Shown: in pieces, positions 63,490 to 64,000 of the stretch
Numbering within the stretch: the stretch's first letter is position 1
Layout of the letters: the number at the start of each line of letters is the position of its first letter
From: Chiloscyllium plagiosum
Taxonomy: Eukaryota
NCBI RefSeq assembly: GCF_004010195.1
Contig: NC_057711.1
Span: 79,394,866-79,458,865 of the forward strand
Reading direction: 5' to 3'
Length of the DNA stretch: 64,000 nt
Translations under genes and position numbers: made by a program
The notes under the pieces: generated by a model
Told to the model about the DNA's origin: nothing
Database searches by the model: none
Seen by the model: only the letters and a program-made list of their open reading frames with translations

Positions 63490-64000
63490 CAAGGTCAAGT
63501 CATACACCAAGTTATAGTTTATTTGAAATCTCAAGGTTTTGGAATGTTGCCCATTCATCAGCTGAAGTGAAGAGAGCAACCAGGCACAGAGTTTCTGATC
63601 AGAGAGATCAAAAGATCATACAAGTGGTGTGAGTGGGGTGTTGATAGGCCGAATAGTAGGTCTCTGCAAGTGATCAATAGTGTCAGATGCTGCGAGTAAA
63701 GTGTCAACAGCTGAATAGCAAGTGAATGGATACCTATAATTCAGTTAATTGAGGCAGAGAGATAATTACAAAAAAAATTTTAAAAAGGTGGTGCTAGAGA
63801 CAAACCCAATGACTGAAATAACATGATAGGTACAAGAGTTGCATACCGAGGGTCTAACCAAAGTAATCTAAGACTGTACAAACTAATTAAGGTAGAGAGA
63901 GATTATAACAAGTTATCAAGGTGATGGTGTCAAAACAGGACAGTAAGGAAGATTTTACAGAACAGTATGGTGAGTTCACAAGTAGCATCACATGGTCCGA
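63490..64000 (-). mobile_element. PLE-like element end, running off the window
   Basis: Minus strand CTGATGAATGGGCAACATTCCAAAACC at about 63535-63561. Terminal sequence resembles 47310-47440. Confidence 0.55.

Overview
Vertebrate genomic DNA, almost certainly from a shark (inferred from HE1-type V-SINEs, CR1-like LINEs and abundant Penelope-like elements). The only host gene is the 5' part of a Groucho/TLE co-repressor, best matching TLE4. Coding exons 1-4 lie on the + strand (29222-31156) behind a CpG-island promoter with four ATTGG boxes, a palindromic E-box and two back-to-back ZNF143/THAP11-type ACTACAnnTCCCA motifs. Intron 4 appears to run past the window end. About 12 kb around the promoter has no recognisable transposons. 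The rest is a nested mosaic of decayed CR1, L2, RTE and Rex/Babar LINEs, SINEs, a Tigger-like MITE, Harbinger Myb/SANT remnants and Penelope-like elements (PLEs). Three observations stand out. (i) Minimal hammerhead-ribozyme motifs occur in several PLE families, including four 109-125 bp insertions flanked by target-site duplications (TSDs) whose 5' boundaries fall at or near the ribozyme core. (ii) A tRNA-headed SINE appears to share both its body and its tail with one LINE family. (iii) A perfect 2.65 kb (TAGAACA)n array sits where the body of a CR1 LINE should be, probably a gap-filling artefact. Repeat boundaries are approximate and family names come from motif recognition by eye, not database searches.
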